This document shows, in pieces, positions 35,956 through 46,103 of a stretch of DNA of 64,000 nt (positions within the stretch are counted from its first letter, which is position 1; each line of letters starts with the position of its first letter). Below the pieces are notes generated by a model, which was not told where the DNA came from, did no database searches, and was given only the letters and a program-made list of their open reading frames with translations. Source of the stretch: Candidatus Saccharimonadota bacterium (GTDB lineage: Bacteria; Patescibacteriota; Saccharimonadia; Saccharimonadales; SLHW01); NCBI GenBank assembly GCA_050486305.1, contig JBJHDA010000001.1, positions 243,071 through 307,070 on the forward strand, read 5' to 3'. Position numbers and translations under genes: made by a program.

Positions 35956-37452
35956 CTACGATCGTATGGTTAGCTTAATGAGCTCAAGCTCACCTGTTGA
36001 GACAAGGTCATCTAAGAGCTGAGTGTAGTCGGCGTTATTCATGCTGATGCGCGTACGGTGCTCAATGCCTGGCAGCTGCTTGATGGTATCTGCACGTGAA
36101 ACGAGTTGGTTTCCGCTATGAGTAAAGCGATATATATAGAGTTCATTATCGTCGATAGCTCTCTGAAAAACTTGCTGGTCGTTTTTTTCGTATATCATGT
36201 AAAGCTTGTCGAGCTGGTTATCATACTCCATCCGTGGCGCAGAATATAAAGTAGGAAAATGTGCATTTCCGCTTGTGTCAATGTAAAGACCGTTGATACC
36301 GCCATCTGCTCCGATTGCCTCAATAGTACCAATCACTTCGTCACGACTCAGCCTTACTTCAGGCAATGTCTTTTCCGTATGGATTTCGTTGTGTGGCTGT
36401 AGCCTTAATGCACGTGTCTTATCTTCAGCAAAATCGATGAATCCAGGAAATTGCTGTTCGATGCGATCGAGTATCATCGCCTGCTTTTTTTGCAGAACGG
36501 AACCGTAATCCTCATCACCTTCTTGGATGATGCCGCGCTCAGTCAATGTAAACTCGACAATAGTAGCAAAATACTCCATTTCGTTTGTGGCGCCATAGTA
36601 GCGCGGATAGACACGTTCTGGTCCATACGCAACGTGCTCATCAGGGACCATGTCTTCCTGGTAGCCGCTATCACCGATTTTTCTGCCATAGAACGTTACG
36701 CCTTCACGAAGTGACGGGTCATTACGGAAGTTTCCGCCGCACAATGCGTCATGCAGCGCATGTGCGATTTCGTGCGCTACCACACTATCTATGCTTGAGC
36801 GGTCACGTTGAAAGTTGAGCAAGTCACCTATCGCTATCTGTATCTCATGTTCTTTTGGTATATATTTGCCACCGAATTCTTCATTCATGCGATTGAGCCG
36901 TATTGTCTCAATATTAAGTGCGTCGAGAAGCCCGGAGGGATATTCCTCTAGTGAGTATCGTAGCTCATTCATTCCCCTAACCACATTCATTTGTTTTGAG
37001 TGGAAGGGCTGAACAACCGTGTGAATTGCAATATCATTTTCGATGTCAGCTCCAGCGCCCGCAATGCTATGGGAGTCGTTTCGCTGAAGTGTCTCGTCAA
37101 TGACTACCTGATAATCGCCTGGCAAATGTTCGGAGATTACTGAGGCATAATTTTCTGCTGTATAAAACGGGTCTTCTTTTGTAGTAGTAGCAACAGAATC
37201 TTCAAGAAGGTGCTCGTACGGGACATGACTGGATGTTGATTCGTCAAGAAATTGATAATTCTCAAACGGTAAAATCACGTCAGCAGATGCAGGGGTGTTA
37301 CACTCTGGCAGCTGGTCGTGACGCTGCTGTTCGCTTGCGATGTGATCGTCGTAGACGGACGCGTACACTGCAGCAGTATCTTGGTCATCTCGTGCGACCG
37401 CGACATCGCCAGATAAAACGCTTGCCAATAGCATACAGGCTGCGGCTTTCAT
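35956..37452 (-). CDS. putative secreted HExxH zinc metalloprotease (gluzincin, M34/anthrax-lethal-factor-like signature)
   Basis: 'VVAHEIAHALHD' (HExxH at 36760-36774) and a downstream 'NEMEYFATIVEF' (~36565-36590). A signal-peptide-like 'MKAAACMLLASVLSGDVAVA' follows ATG 37452. Start is uncertain, since the ORF extends to 37563. Confidence 0.68.
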   Translation of the reverse strand: MKAAACMLLASVLSGDVAVARDDQDTAAVYASVYDDHIASEQQRHDQLPECNTPASADVILPFENYQFLDESTSSHVPYEHLLEDSVATTTKEDPFYTAENYASVISEHLPGDYQVVIDETLQRNDSHSIAGAGADIENDIAIHTVVQPFHSKQMNVVRGMNELRYSLEEYPSGLLDALNIETIRLNRMNEEFGGKYIPKEHEIQIAIGDLLNFQRDRSSIDSVVAHEIAHALHDALCGGNFRNDPSLREGVTFYGRKIGDSGYQEDMVPDEHVAYGPERVYPRYYGATNEMEYFATIVEFTLTERGIIQEGDEDYGSVLQKKQAMILDRIEQQFPGFIDFAEDKTRALRLQPHNEIHTEKTLPEVRLSRDEVIGTIEAIGADGGINGLYIDTSGNAHFPTLYSAPRMEYDNQLDKLYMIYEKNDQQVFQRAIDDNELYIYRFTHSGNQLVSRADTIKQLPGIEHRTRISMNNADYTQLLDDLVSTGELELIKLTIRS

Positions 37453-37628
37453 TGCTTTTGATTTACTGAAATCGCTACAGTAGCCCTCTTGTAAATCAGG
37501 CCTAGAAAGCCCGGGCTCTGTATTTGTTAACCTCATTATTATATAATAACATATCTTTGACAAAACAACAACAGTAGCATAAATAAATCATTGATAATAT
37601 CACGATTTGTTGTATAATTTATCACCTA

Positions 37629-38255
37629 ATGAGTGAATGTTTAGGCGTAGATCAGTTGAACTGGGAGCGATGTGTCGGGAGAGACCGCAAATTTCTGCTG
37701 GAGGATTCTATCGGCAGTATCGCCTGCTCTACCTGCGTTAGCTCAGAGATTAGCCACCTGAGACAGGAAGCCAAACGGCTTGAGCAGCTTTCCCACGAGG
37801 ATGACCTGACAGGCTTGCCGAATCGACGGTATTTGCAGCAGCGGTTTAGTGAGCTAGCACAGGAGGATGACACTTTTGGCTTGCTATATGTAGACATTAT
37901 TAATTTTGGACTCGTTAACAGTAAAAATGGTCATGATTCTGGTGATCGTATGCTCATAAATGTAGCGGAGTTCTTGAGCTTCGACACCAAGAAAATGGAT
38001 GGGCACGCAGCGCGCTTGGGCGGTGATGAATTCGGGCTGCTGGTTCGCGTAGGTGACAAGACACTATTAGACACTGTTGCATCAAGGCTGCGGACGGAAT
38101 TTTTGGAGCAAGAGTTTACGATTGCATACAACAGCCGGGCTAAAGAAGACGAGCAACTCGGTTTAAATATAGGCACTGCGATGCACAGCAAAAATATGAC
38201 ATATGCTGAGCTTCAGGTATGCGCTGACCCAAAAGGCAGAGGCCTAAAGTCGTAA
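37629..38255 (+). CDS. GGDEF-domain diguanylate cyclase with short Cys-containing N-terminal region
   Basis: 'DDLTGLPNRRYL', 'LLYVDIINFGLVNSKNGHDSGD', and an intact 'RLGGDEFGLL'. Confidence 0.85.
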   Translation: MSECLGVDQLNWERCVGRDRKFLLEDSIGSIACSTCVSSEISHLRQEAKRLEQLSHEDDLTGLPNRRYLQQRFSELAQEDDTFGLLYVDIINFGLVNSKNGHDSGDRMLINVAEFLSFDTKKMDGHAARLGGDEFGLLVRVGDKTLLDTVASRLRTEFLEQEFTIAYNSRAKEDEQLGLNIGTAMHSKNMTYAELQVCADPKGRGLKS

Positions 38256-38381
38256 CACGGCAAAACGAATTACCTGATAGTTTGTGGGTGTAATTAAAAA
38301 ATATTGCCCTCAACACCTATTTGTGAGCTGCCGTAAAGAAAGACACTCATTTAGTTAAAAAACGTACTATAATGTAGTGTT

Positions 38382-39374
38382 GTGACAAATAAACGATACG
38401 CAATTGAAGCGAAAGGCATTCATAAATCCTTTGGAAAGCTAGAGGTTCTTAAGGGTGTCGATCTTAAGGTGGAGAGAGGATCTGTTTTAGCCTTGCTCGG
38501 TCCAAATGGCGCCGGTAAGACAACAATGGTACGGATACTTTCTACACTTCTTCGTGCTGACAAGGGGCGAGTTTCAATAGAAGGCCTCGATGTCGTGAAA
38601 GATGCGCATGAAGTTCGCTCGCTCATCGGCCTGACCGGGCAATATGCTGCCATTGATGAATACTTGAGCGGGCGCGAGAACCTAAAAATGATGGGCAGGC
38701 TTTATCATTTAAGCCACGAGGACACCGCTCGTCGCACGGAAGAGCTTCTTGGGCAGTTTGACTTACTGGATGCTGCCGGCAGATATGCGAAAACGTATTC
38801 AGGTGGTATGAGGCGACGGCTTGATCTGGCGGCCAGCTTGATAGCTATGCCGCCGATAATATTCCTGGATGAGCCTACGACAGGGCTGGACCCACGAAGC
38901 CGTATTGCCATGTGGAATATTATTCAGGATTTGGTTCGTGGTGGTACGACAATCTTGCTAACGACCCAGCAGCTTGAAGAGGCTGACCGGCTTGCCGACG
39001 AGATAGCCGTAATAGATGACGGCAACATTATTGCACGTGGCACTGCTGACGAACTCAAGAGTAAAGTCGGCGGCGAGAGGATACTGTTTTATTTTGAAAC
39101 CAGCAAAGACTTTAACAAAGCAGCAAAGTTTATCGGTAAAGACATCTTACACAGCGATGAGCGGCAAAAGAGCCTATCTGTCACGAACGACAAAGGCGTC
39201 TCGAAATTAAGGAAGTTGCTGGGCGAGTTTGAGGAATCGAAAATCGAGGTATCCGGCGCTCAGCTCAGCAAGCCGACGCTAGATGACGTCTTCCTGACCT
39301 TAACCGGCCGCAAAGCTTCAAACCATAAATCGAATGCGGATAATAGCCATAATCCCAAGGAGTCCAAAGTATGA
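38382..39374 (+). CDS. ABC transporter ATP-binding protein (DrrA / ABC-2 type)
   Basis: Walker A 'GPNGAGKTT', signature 'YSGGMRRRL', Walker B 'IIFLDEPTTGLD'. Confidence 0.92.
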   Translation: MTNKRYAIEAKGIHKSFGKLEVLKGVDLKVERGSVLALLGPNGAGKTTMVRILSTLLRADKGRVSIEGLDVVKDAHEVRSLIGLTGQYAAIDEYLSGRENLKMMGRLYHLSHEDTARRTEELLGQFDLLDAAGRYAKTYSGGMRRRLDLAASLIAMPPIIFLDEPTTGLDPRSRIAMWNIIQDLVRGGTTILLTTQQLEEADRLADEIAVIDDGNIIARGTADELKSKVGGERILFYFETSKDFNKAAKFIGKDILHSDERQKSLSVTNDKGVSKLRKLLGEFEESKIEVSGAQLSKPTLDDVFLTLTGRKASNHKSNADNSHNPKESKV

Positions 39375-40168
39375 AACGGGTAACGCCAGAGGAGCGCAGC
39401 AGGCTGTACTGGGCGCTAAGTGATTTTAAGGTATTAACGAAGCGTAGCATGGTTTATATCGTCCGGAATATGGATCAAGCACTTTCGACCGTCTTTATGC
39501 CTATTATGTTTTTACTACTCTTTCGTTATGTATTTGGCGGTGCGATAGAGACTCCGGGAGTTTCGTATGTGGACTTTTTGTTCGCCGGTATCCTAGTGCA
39601 ATCGGCTGCGTTTGGCGCAACTTACACCGCGCTTGGGGTGACCACCGATATACGCCGCGGAATAATTGATCGGTTTAAAAGCTTGCCGATGGTAAGCTCA
39701 GCTGTATTGGTAGGCCACACGGTAACTGATCTTGTTCGCAATACCATATCAGCAATCATCATGGTATTGGTCGGCCTGCTTGTTGGGTTTCGGCCAGAAG
39801 CTGGTTTAGTCGATTGGCTGCTCGTGTTTGGTATTTTGATGGTGTTTACCTTCGCGATATCTTGGCTAAGCGCAATAATGGGTCTGCTTTCTAAGACGGT
39901 TGAGGGGGTGCAGTGGATGACGTTTGTATTTGTCTTCCCTATCACGTTTATAAGCAGTGCTTTCGTCCCGACGGCAGGAATGCCAGCAGGATTACGGGTG
40001 TTTGCTGAGAACCAGCCGGTGACACATGTGATTGAAGCTATAAGATCACTGACGGTTGGGACGCCGATGAATAATCACGGTTGGCTTGCTGTTGCTTGGT
40101 CGCTTGGCTTGCTGGTCGTTTCTTACATTATCGCTGTCCAGATGTTTAAGCGTAAAACCACAGCGTAA
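39371..40168 (+). CDS. ABC-2 type transporter permease
   Basis: Six-TM protein. ATGA overlap with the ATPase gene. Confidence 0.88.
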   Translation: MKRVTPEERSRLYWALSDFKVLTKRSMVYIVRNMDQALSTVFMPIMFLLLFRYVFGGAIETPGVSYVDFLFAGILVQSAAFGATYTALGVTTDIRRGIIDRFKSLPMVSSAVLVGHTVTDLVRNTISAIIMVLVGLLVGFRPEAGLVDWLLVFGILMVFTFAISWLSAIMGLLSKTVEGVQWMTFVFVFPITFISSAFVPTAGMPAGLRVFAENQPVTHVIEAIRSLTVGTPMNNHGWLAVAWSLGLLVVSYIIAVQMFKRKTTA

Positions 40169-40284
40169 CAGGCACATACCTTGGCAATAGACAATCTAAA
40201 GCGTCACATTTTTGGTGGCTGACATACCTAAGAGTGCTGTTTAAATAGTTCGATAAGCGCAGATCAGTCGCCTGCTCTCGTTTC

Positions 40285-40659
40285 TTATGCGGTCTTCTTG
40301 TTCTGTGCTTTTTCTATGAGCTGCAACATTTTCTTTGGCGTCATAGATGACTTGAGGATGCACTTATCAGCCCCGAGAGTAAGAGCTTGTTTTTGTATTT
40401 TCGGCTCAATCATGTTGCTGAAAAATATAATCGTAGTGTCTGCAGGGCGTTTTTTTTGGAATTTTTCTAAGAATACCAGCCCGTTCATAACCGGCATGTG
40501 CATATCTAGCAGGATTACATCATAGGTCGCTGATTCAATACAAGACAACGCCTCCGCGCCATTGTAGGCTGAGGTAACTTTATGCCCTTGAGCATTGAGC
40601 AAGAAGCTGTAAGCCTCTTGGAGTGCTGCATCATCTTCAACGACAAGTACTCTCGCCAT
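40285..40659 (-). CDS. stand-alone response-regulator receiver (CheY-like)
   Basis: 'RVLVVEDD', 'DVILLDMHMPVMNG', and a conserved Lys region. No output domain. Confidence 0.9.
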   Translation of the reverse strand: MARVLVVEDDAALQEAYSFLLNAQGHKVTSAYNGAEALSCIESATYDVILLDMHMPVMNGLVFLEKFQKKRPADTTIIFFSNMIEPKIQKQALTLGADKCILKSSMTPKKMLQLIEKAQNKKTA

Positions 40660-40691
40660 GCTCCCCCTCTACTATGCTGTCATTTTACCAC

Positions 40692-42380
40692 TTATTTATT
40701 GTTTGTGCGTATACGCTTGAGCCTGATTTTGAATGTCGTGCCGTGGCGGTAGCGAGACTTAACGGTTATAGAGCCACCATGGAGCCTCACAATATACTTG
40801 GCAAGATAAAGTCCGAGGCCAGACCCACCGACCGTTTCGCTGGCTGGGTCATGCAATCTGCGGAATTTTTGAAAAAGCTCGGGCAGAAGATTCGCGGGTA
40901 TGCCTATGCCGGTATCGGCTACATCTATATATGCAGAGGACTTGTTACCGTAAACCGAAACAGTAATCTGCCCTTTATCCGGAGTATATTTGATGGCATT
41001 TGATATCAGATTATCCAAAGCCATCCGAAGATGGTTCGGGTCCACGTTTACCAATAGTGCTTCTTTGCTTCGTGTAAACGATATTTTTTGGCCTCTTGAT
41101 CGGGCTACAGGGCGATGATTCGGCAAGCTTTTGCTCACAAGATTATTCAGATTTATCTCTTTTTTACTTAGTCTCAATTGTCCGGATTCAATTGCCGCGA
41201 GGTTAAGTAAATTGTCTATAATATCGAGCTGTCGTTCATTTGATTCGTATGCTTTTTTTATAAATTTACGCTGTTGTTTAGTGAATTCGTCAGAATAACC
41301 ATCAAGCAATAACGACAAAAACGATTTAACTCCGCTAGCTGGCGTCCGGAGCTGATGTGAGGCGAGCGATACAAACTCTTGTCTGGCATCATCAAGCTTA
41401 TGCATTTCTGTCACATCTTGTGCCGTACCGGCTAGCTTGACGACCCTTCCCCGCTGGTTCAAAAGCGGACGCCCTTCACTCCGGATGTATCCGTAAGACC
41501 TGTCTGGATACACAACTCTGTGGTCAACAGCAAACGGCCGTTTTTGCTTTATCGCACGGTTGATAGCTTTCTTCACTTCGTCGACATCGTCTGGGTGAAC
41601 GTATTGCAAATAGGAATCATATGTTATCTTGTCTGGCTTATTGTCTTCCAGCCCGAATATTTTGAATAATTCATCCGACCACGTTACTTCGTTTTTGTTT
41701 ATATCCCACTCCCAGCTGCCGAGTTTAGCGATACTCTGAGCACGAAGTAATTCCTCCAGGCTGTTTCTTGCCTGGCGCTGTTTCTCAATGAGCATGCTTG
41801 TTATCGCGTTTACTGCCATTGCTACAACGAGCAATACGGCGGGCATAAAACTGATGGTATTAATGACGTACGGAAGGTCGGATCGAAGGGTTGGGTCAAA
41901 AGCTCCGACTGATTGAATAACGTCGTGGTAATCAGCAACAATTAAACTTGAATAAACGATGGCGCATGAGGCAGCCGTCACGTATGTCGCCCGTTTACCG
42001 AAAATTGCTGATGCCATAAGGATAGGAATGGTATATAAAATTGGGCTTCGGCTTTCTATGCCGCCTTTTGTAAATATCAAAAAAGTGACAATTGCGATAT
42101 CCAGGATTATCCAGCCGACTACAAGGTAGGTATGAAATGTTGGATTTTTGTAGAGTTTGTACAGCGCATAAAAAAGGCCATTACTGGCTAGAGCAGCCAG
42201 AGCGAGTATTGTGTCGCGCTGGACTTGTTCGCTCCAGCCTTCAAACACATACAACGATGCAATACCAGGTACTGCGACAGCAAGCAAGAAAAACCATCGG
42301 ATAACGATATACCATTGGGTGCGCTGGGATAGGTCGGCTGTCTGGAGGTTCCTGCTGATATGAGCCATTACCAATACCAT
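40692..42380 (-). CDS. membrane-bound PAS sensor histidine kinase
   Basis: About six N-terminal TM helices and a PAS-like region ('WEWDINKNEVTWSDELFKIFG'). H-box 'SHQLRTP', N-box 'NLISNAIKYTP', G-boxes 'DTGIGIP' and 'GGSGLGL'. Confidence 0.92.
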   Translation of the reverse strand: MVLVMAHISRNLQTADLSQRTQWYIVIRWFFLLAVAVPGIASLYVFEGWSEQVQRDTILALAALASNGLFYALYKLYKNPTFHTYLVVGWIILDIAIVTFLIFTKGGIESRSPILYTIPILMASAIFGKRATYVTAASCAIVYSSLIVADYHDVIQSVGAFDPTLRSDLPYVINTISFMPAVLLVVAMAVNAITSMLIEKQRQARNSLEELLRAQSIAKLGSWEWDINKNEVTWSDELFKIFGLEDNKPDKITYDSYLQYVHPDDVDEVKKAINRAIKQKRPFAVDHRVVYPDRSYGYIRSEGRPLLNQRGRVVKLAGTAQDVTEMHKLDDARQEFVSLASHQLRTPASGVKSFLSLLLDGYSDEFTKQQRKFIKKAYESNERQLDIIDNLLNLAAIESGQLRLSKKEINLNNLVSKSLPNHRPVARSRGQKISFTRSKEALLVNVDPNHLRMALDNLISNAIKYTPDKGQITVSVYGNKSSAYIDVADTGIGIPANLLPELFQKFRRLHDPASETVGGSGLGLYLAKYIVRLHGGSITVKSRYRHGTTFKIRLKRIRTNNK

Positions 42381-42542
42381 TATAGAGCATTACAGATGGC
42401 AGCTTCGGCTTATAGGTGTGGATATTGAGCTGTTACTTGTAATATTTTTTACCATAAAGTTTCTGGCTTGTTAAAAAAGTTATGGAGATTTTCTCAGACG
42501 AGCCTATAGTCAAAAGTCCAAAAAGGCGACGAGAGGAGAAAA

Positions 42543-43139
42543 ATGAAGCTGATACTTGGCATAGTGGCTGTGTTTGGTGTAATGCTATTAACTAGCGGGA
42601 GCCTGGCTGCCGAACCTGCGCCTAGCAATGGGCCTTCTAACGATGCGAGAGAACTGGTGTCTGTTATTGACGACATAGATGTTCCTGTTGCAGTACTTAT
42701 CTCTGTACAGTCTGATCACCTTGGCTATGCGGTAACGCAGGCCGATGAAGTAAGCTCCGGAGGCGAGGAGGGCTACAGGCTACGCTTAAACCGAGACGAT
42801 AGACCGAATGGCGGTGAAGGAATATATTTAACGTTTGACAAGAACTGGGAGCTTATAGATGAGCAAGAGCGAGCAGCAGCACCTGAGCCAGAAGACGACG
42901 ATGATGACGATGAGCAGGAGCGAAGACGATCCGAAGAGGAAGATGATGACGATGAGGATGATGAGCCTGGACCTGTTGGGGGGAGCAACCGGAACGGGCC
43001 GCCTGAGGGCAGACCTAATAATGAAAACGAAAATAATGGTAACGGGAATGACGACGAGGATGACGATGATGACGACGATGATGACGACGGAGAGGATGAA
43101 AACGAAGGCAACGGGAACGGGAATAGTGAGCAGGAGTAA
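42543..43139 (+). CDS. secreted protein with extreme D/E/N/G low-complexity tail (possible PepSY-like core)
   Basis: Signal peptide MKLILGIVAVFGVMLLTSGSLAA. The C-terminal ~90 aa are runs of D, E, N and G. Confidence 0.7.
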   Translation: MKLILGIVAVFGVMLLTSGSLAAEPAPSNGPSNDARELVSVIDDIDVPVAVLISVQSDHLGYAVTQADEVSSGGEEGYRLRLNRDDRPNGGEGIYLTFDKNWELIDEQERAAAPEPEDDDDDDEQERRRSEEEDDDDEDDEPGPVGGSNRNGPPEGRPNNENENNGNGNDDEDDDDDDDDDDGEDENEGNGNGNSEQE

Positions 43140-43226
43140 GAGCTTTAAATCTTGGTATTAATTTTCGCTCATCGTTTTGAAGAGCCTGAGGACAGCTGAT
43201 TCCTGAGTGCTGTGTGCTGCTTTCTG

Positions 43227-43250
43227 AATGCACCAGTCGAGTGGTGCATT
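43227..43250. terminator. hairpin between convergent genes
   Basis: AATGCACCA pairs perfectly with TGGTGCATT (9 bp) around a 6-nt loop. Confidence 0.5.
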
Positions 43251-43285
43251 GAACTAACCCTCGACTAAATAGATACTAAGCAACT

Positions 43286-45121
43286 CTAGGATTTCTTGCT
43301 GCGTTTGCGAGCGCTATGGTCGAGCTGTTTTTTACGGAGGCGTAAGCTTTTTGGCGTCACCTCAAGCAGTTCGTCGTCTTCAATAAAATCGATTGCCTGC
43401 TCAAGGCTGAGAATCGTCGGCGGCGTGAGGCTGACAACGCCGTCACTAGAGGAGCTGCGCATATTTGTAAGCTGCTTTGCCTTACAGACATTCATCTCCA
43501 TATCTTCTTGTCGCTTGTTTAACCCGATAATTTGCCCGGCATAAACTTTCTCTCCAGGTCCGATAAAAATTTCGCCGCGGCTTTCTGCCATTTGTAGAGC
43601 GTAAGGTGTAGTTGTTCCTTGCTCAAACGCGATAAGAGCGCCATTTCGTAGCTGTGACAAATTAGCACCGAGCGGCTGATAACCGATCATGAGGCTGTTC
43701 ATGATAACCGTACCTTTTGTTTTTGTAAGTAAGACGTTCCGTAACCCGAGCATTGTCCGGGTCGGTAAGTCATATACAAGCTTTACTGCGTTGCCATCAG
43801 TCGAAAGCTGTTGTTTTAGGGTTGCACGTCGTGATCCGAGCTCCATTTGTACGGCGCCGACATACTCGTCCGGAACTTCTATAGTAAGTTCTTCAACCGG
43901 CTCTTCTATTACCCCATTGTTTTCCCTTGTTACGACCTGCGGACGCCCTACCTCGAACTCGTACCCTTCTCGTCGCATAGTTTCAATAAGCACGCTTAAG
44001 TGCAGTTCGCCCCTACCGGATACGAGGAAGTTAATCCCCTGCTCTTCAACCTGAAGGCCTACGTTCGTCTCTAGTTCTTTTTGCAGACGGCTGCCAAGCT
44101 GGCGGGAAGTTGAGAATTTTCCCTCGGTCCCCTTGAACGGCGAGGTGTTTGGTCCAAGAAATATCTGTAGAGTCGGTGGCTCTACCTCGATAAGCGGTAA
44201 TGCATCTGGTGAGTCAGGGTGAGTGATGGTTTCTCCGATTTGAACGTTTGCGATGCCGGTAATCTGTACGATGTCGCCGGCAATTCCACTAGACACCTCG
44301 AAGCGATTAACGCCTTGACTCATAAAGACTGCCTCAACCTTGGCTTTTTCTATCTGGCCGTCCTTTTTGCAGACGGCAACCGGTTCTCCTGCCTCTACGG
44401 ATCCGCGGGTGATGCGTCCAATTGCATATTTACCCTTATAGGTGTCCCAAGCGAGTGCTGTAACGAGTAATTGTAGCGGTTTATCGACTTCTACTGCCGG
44501 GGCTGGAATCTCGTTGATGATCGCCTCGAATAAATGCTCAAAACTCGCTGGTCCGTCTGAATTTGCGGGCGGCGTTTGCCATGCTTTCCCGTCTCGTCCA
44601 ATTGCATAATAAACCGGGTAATGCAACTGATCTTCGTCTACAGCGAGCTCTAAGAAAAGATCAGACAGCTCATTTTCTACCGCTTGGATACGCTTGCCAG
44701 GTTTATCGATTTTATTTATGACGACGATCGGCTTAAGCCCGTTGGCGAGCGCTTTGCTTAACACAAATTTGGTCTGTGGCATCGGACCCTCCTGTGCGTC
44801 AACGATAAGCAGGCAGCCATCTGCCATATTGAGTGTCCGCTCGACTTCACCAGAGAAGTCAGCGTGCCCAGGAGTATCAATTATATTAATCCGGTAATCT
44901 CCGTGCTGAACAGCCGTAATCTTTGCCGTAATGGTGATACCACGTTCTTTTTCCTGGTCGCCACTGTCCATAATGAGCTCTTGGCTCATTTCAGCTTGGT
45001 TGTCGCGAAATGCCTTTGATTGTTTTAGTAGTCCATCAACAATTGTCGTCTTGCCGTGATCGACGTGTGCGATAATTGCGATGTTTCGAATTTTGGTGGG
45101 GTTTTGTGTGGCTTGAATCAT
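43286..45121 (-). CDS. typA: translational GTPase TypA/BipA
   Basis: '[16 protein letters not shown]', 'DTPGHADF', 'NKIDK', and an overall EF-G-like layout of 611 aa. Confidence 0.96.
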   Translation of the reverse strand: MIQATQNPTKIRNIAIIAHVDHGKTTIVDGLLKQSKAFRDNQAEMSQELIMDSGDQEKERGITITAKITAVQHGDYRINIIDTPGHADFSGEVERTLNMADGCLLIVDAQEGPMPQTKFVLSKALANGLKPIVVINKIDKPGKRIQAVENELSDLFLELAVDEDQLHYPVYYAIGRDGKAWQTPPANSDGPASFEHLFEAIINEIPAPAVEVDKPLQLLVTALAWDTYKGKYAIGRITRGSVEAGEPVAVCKKDGQIEKAKVEAVFMSQGVNRFEVSSGIAGDIVQITGIANVQIGETITHPDSPDALPLIEVEPPTLQIFLGPNTSPFKGTEGKFSTSRQLGSRLQKELETNVGLQVEEQGINFLVSGRGELHLSVLIETMRREGYEFEVGRPQVVTRENNGVIEEPVEELTIEVPDEYVGAVQMELGSRRATLKQQLSTDGNAVKLVYDLPTRTMLGLRNVLLTKTKGTVIMNSLMIGYQPLGANLSQLRNGALIAFEQGTTTPYALQMAESRGEIFIGPGEKVYAGQIIGLNKRQEDMEMNVCKAKQLTNMRSSSSDGVVSLTPPTILSLEQAIDFIEDDELLEVTPKSLRLRKKQLDHSARKRSKKS

Positions 45122-45338
45122 AAAATCTTGTAATTTACCGGTTCGCTTTGCAATAAAAATGCGCTTATTACTTCATAAGCGCTCATCGAACGTAGTGAAA
45201 TTATTGCTAAATTATACCATGAACGACTGGCGATGGCACCAGTATTGCTTTTATGTGTCATAAATCTAACGGTATGAGCGAGGGCAAGCTTCTATACTTA
45301 AGCGCTGGGCAATAATCAATGTAAGTTCAGGAGGTGAA

Positions 45339-45707
45339 ATGAAATATCGAGAACTTGTAAAGCGCGTTCAGCATTACTCAGGATTTTCCGATAGCGAGTC
45401 AGAACAGGCCTTACGTCTATTTATTATGGTCTTAGCCTCGAGGTTAACAGATGATGAGAGAAAGGATTTTGGCAGCCAATTGCCAGAAGAGTTAAAAGCA
45501 GAAACAGCGAAGATCAGTGATACAATAAAATTTTCGAAAGACGATATGTATGAAGCTATCTCTCAAATACAAGAAATCGAGCCAGAGCATGCAAAAAAGC
45601 AGGTAATGGCCTCTTGGAATGCATTGAAAGATCAGCTGACACCTGGCCAGATTGATGATATTAAGTCACAGCTTCCGCCCGACCTTGACGAGGAACTATA
45701 CGCCTAA
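45339..45707 (+). CDS. DUF2267-family protein
   Basis: 'YRELVKRVQHYSGFSDSESEQALRLFIMVLASRLTDDERKDFGSQLPEELK' matches my recollection of DUF2267. SD is AGGAGG. Confidence 0.72.
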   Translation: MKYRELVKRVQHYSGFSDSESEQALRLFIMVLASRLTDDERKDFGSQLPEELKAETAKISDTIKFSKDDMYEAISQIQEIEPEHAKKQVMASWNALKDQLTPGQIDDIKSQLPPDLDEELYA

Positions 45708-45755
45708 TACTTGATTGCGGCACTGGTTCGACAAAAAATATGTGCGCTTGAGGCG

Positions 45756-46103
45756 CTATATGCTTTCGTCCTCCTCGTCTTTTTCTTGCATTTTGTCCTG
45801 TTCAGGTACACCGCCCGCTATCGTGTCAGGGCTAATCGGTTCGTATTCGTTTGTTTTTGTCGGGCTTGGTGGGTCTGCTTCCGACGCAGATTCAATACCT
45901 TCATCATAAAGCTCATGCGGATCGACATTTGAATCGGTCTCGGGTTGAGTGTAATCTACCCGGTCCTGTATTCCACTAGGAGATGAAAAAGGCGGGTCAT
46001 TATCCTCAGGTAAACGACTAGCTTCCTTCATTTCTTCAGCCGGGTTTATGTCGCCCTCTTCGTTGTATGGTTCATTGTCTTGCAGGAAATCATCGTCTGC
46101 CAT
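45756..46103 (-). CDS. hypothetical highly acidic protein (115 aa)
   Basis: ORF with SD-like AGGGAGG upstream. No domain recognised. Confidence 0.55.
   Translation of the reverse strand: MADDDFLQDNEPYNEEGDINPAEEMKEASRLPEDNDPPFSSPSGIQDRVDYTQPETDSNVDPHELYDEGIESASEADPPSPTKTNEYEPISPDTIAGGVPEQDKMQEKDEEDESI

Noticed and set aside
38366-38384. Possible leaderless transcript for the ABC ATPase (TATAAT at 38368-38373, 8 nt before GTG 38382)
   Set aside because: Leaderless translation usually needs AUG rather than GUG. The true start and TSS cannot be decided from sequence alone, so this is not reported as a feature.
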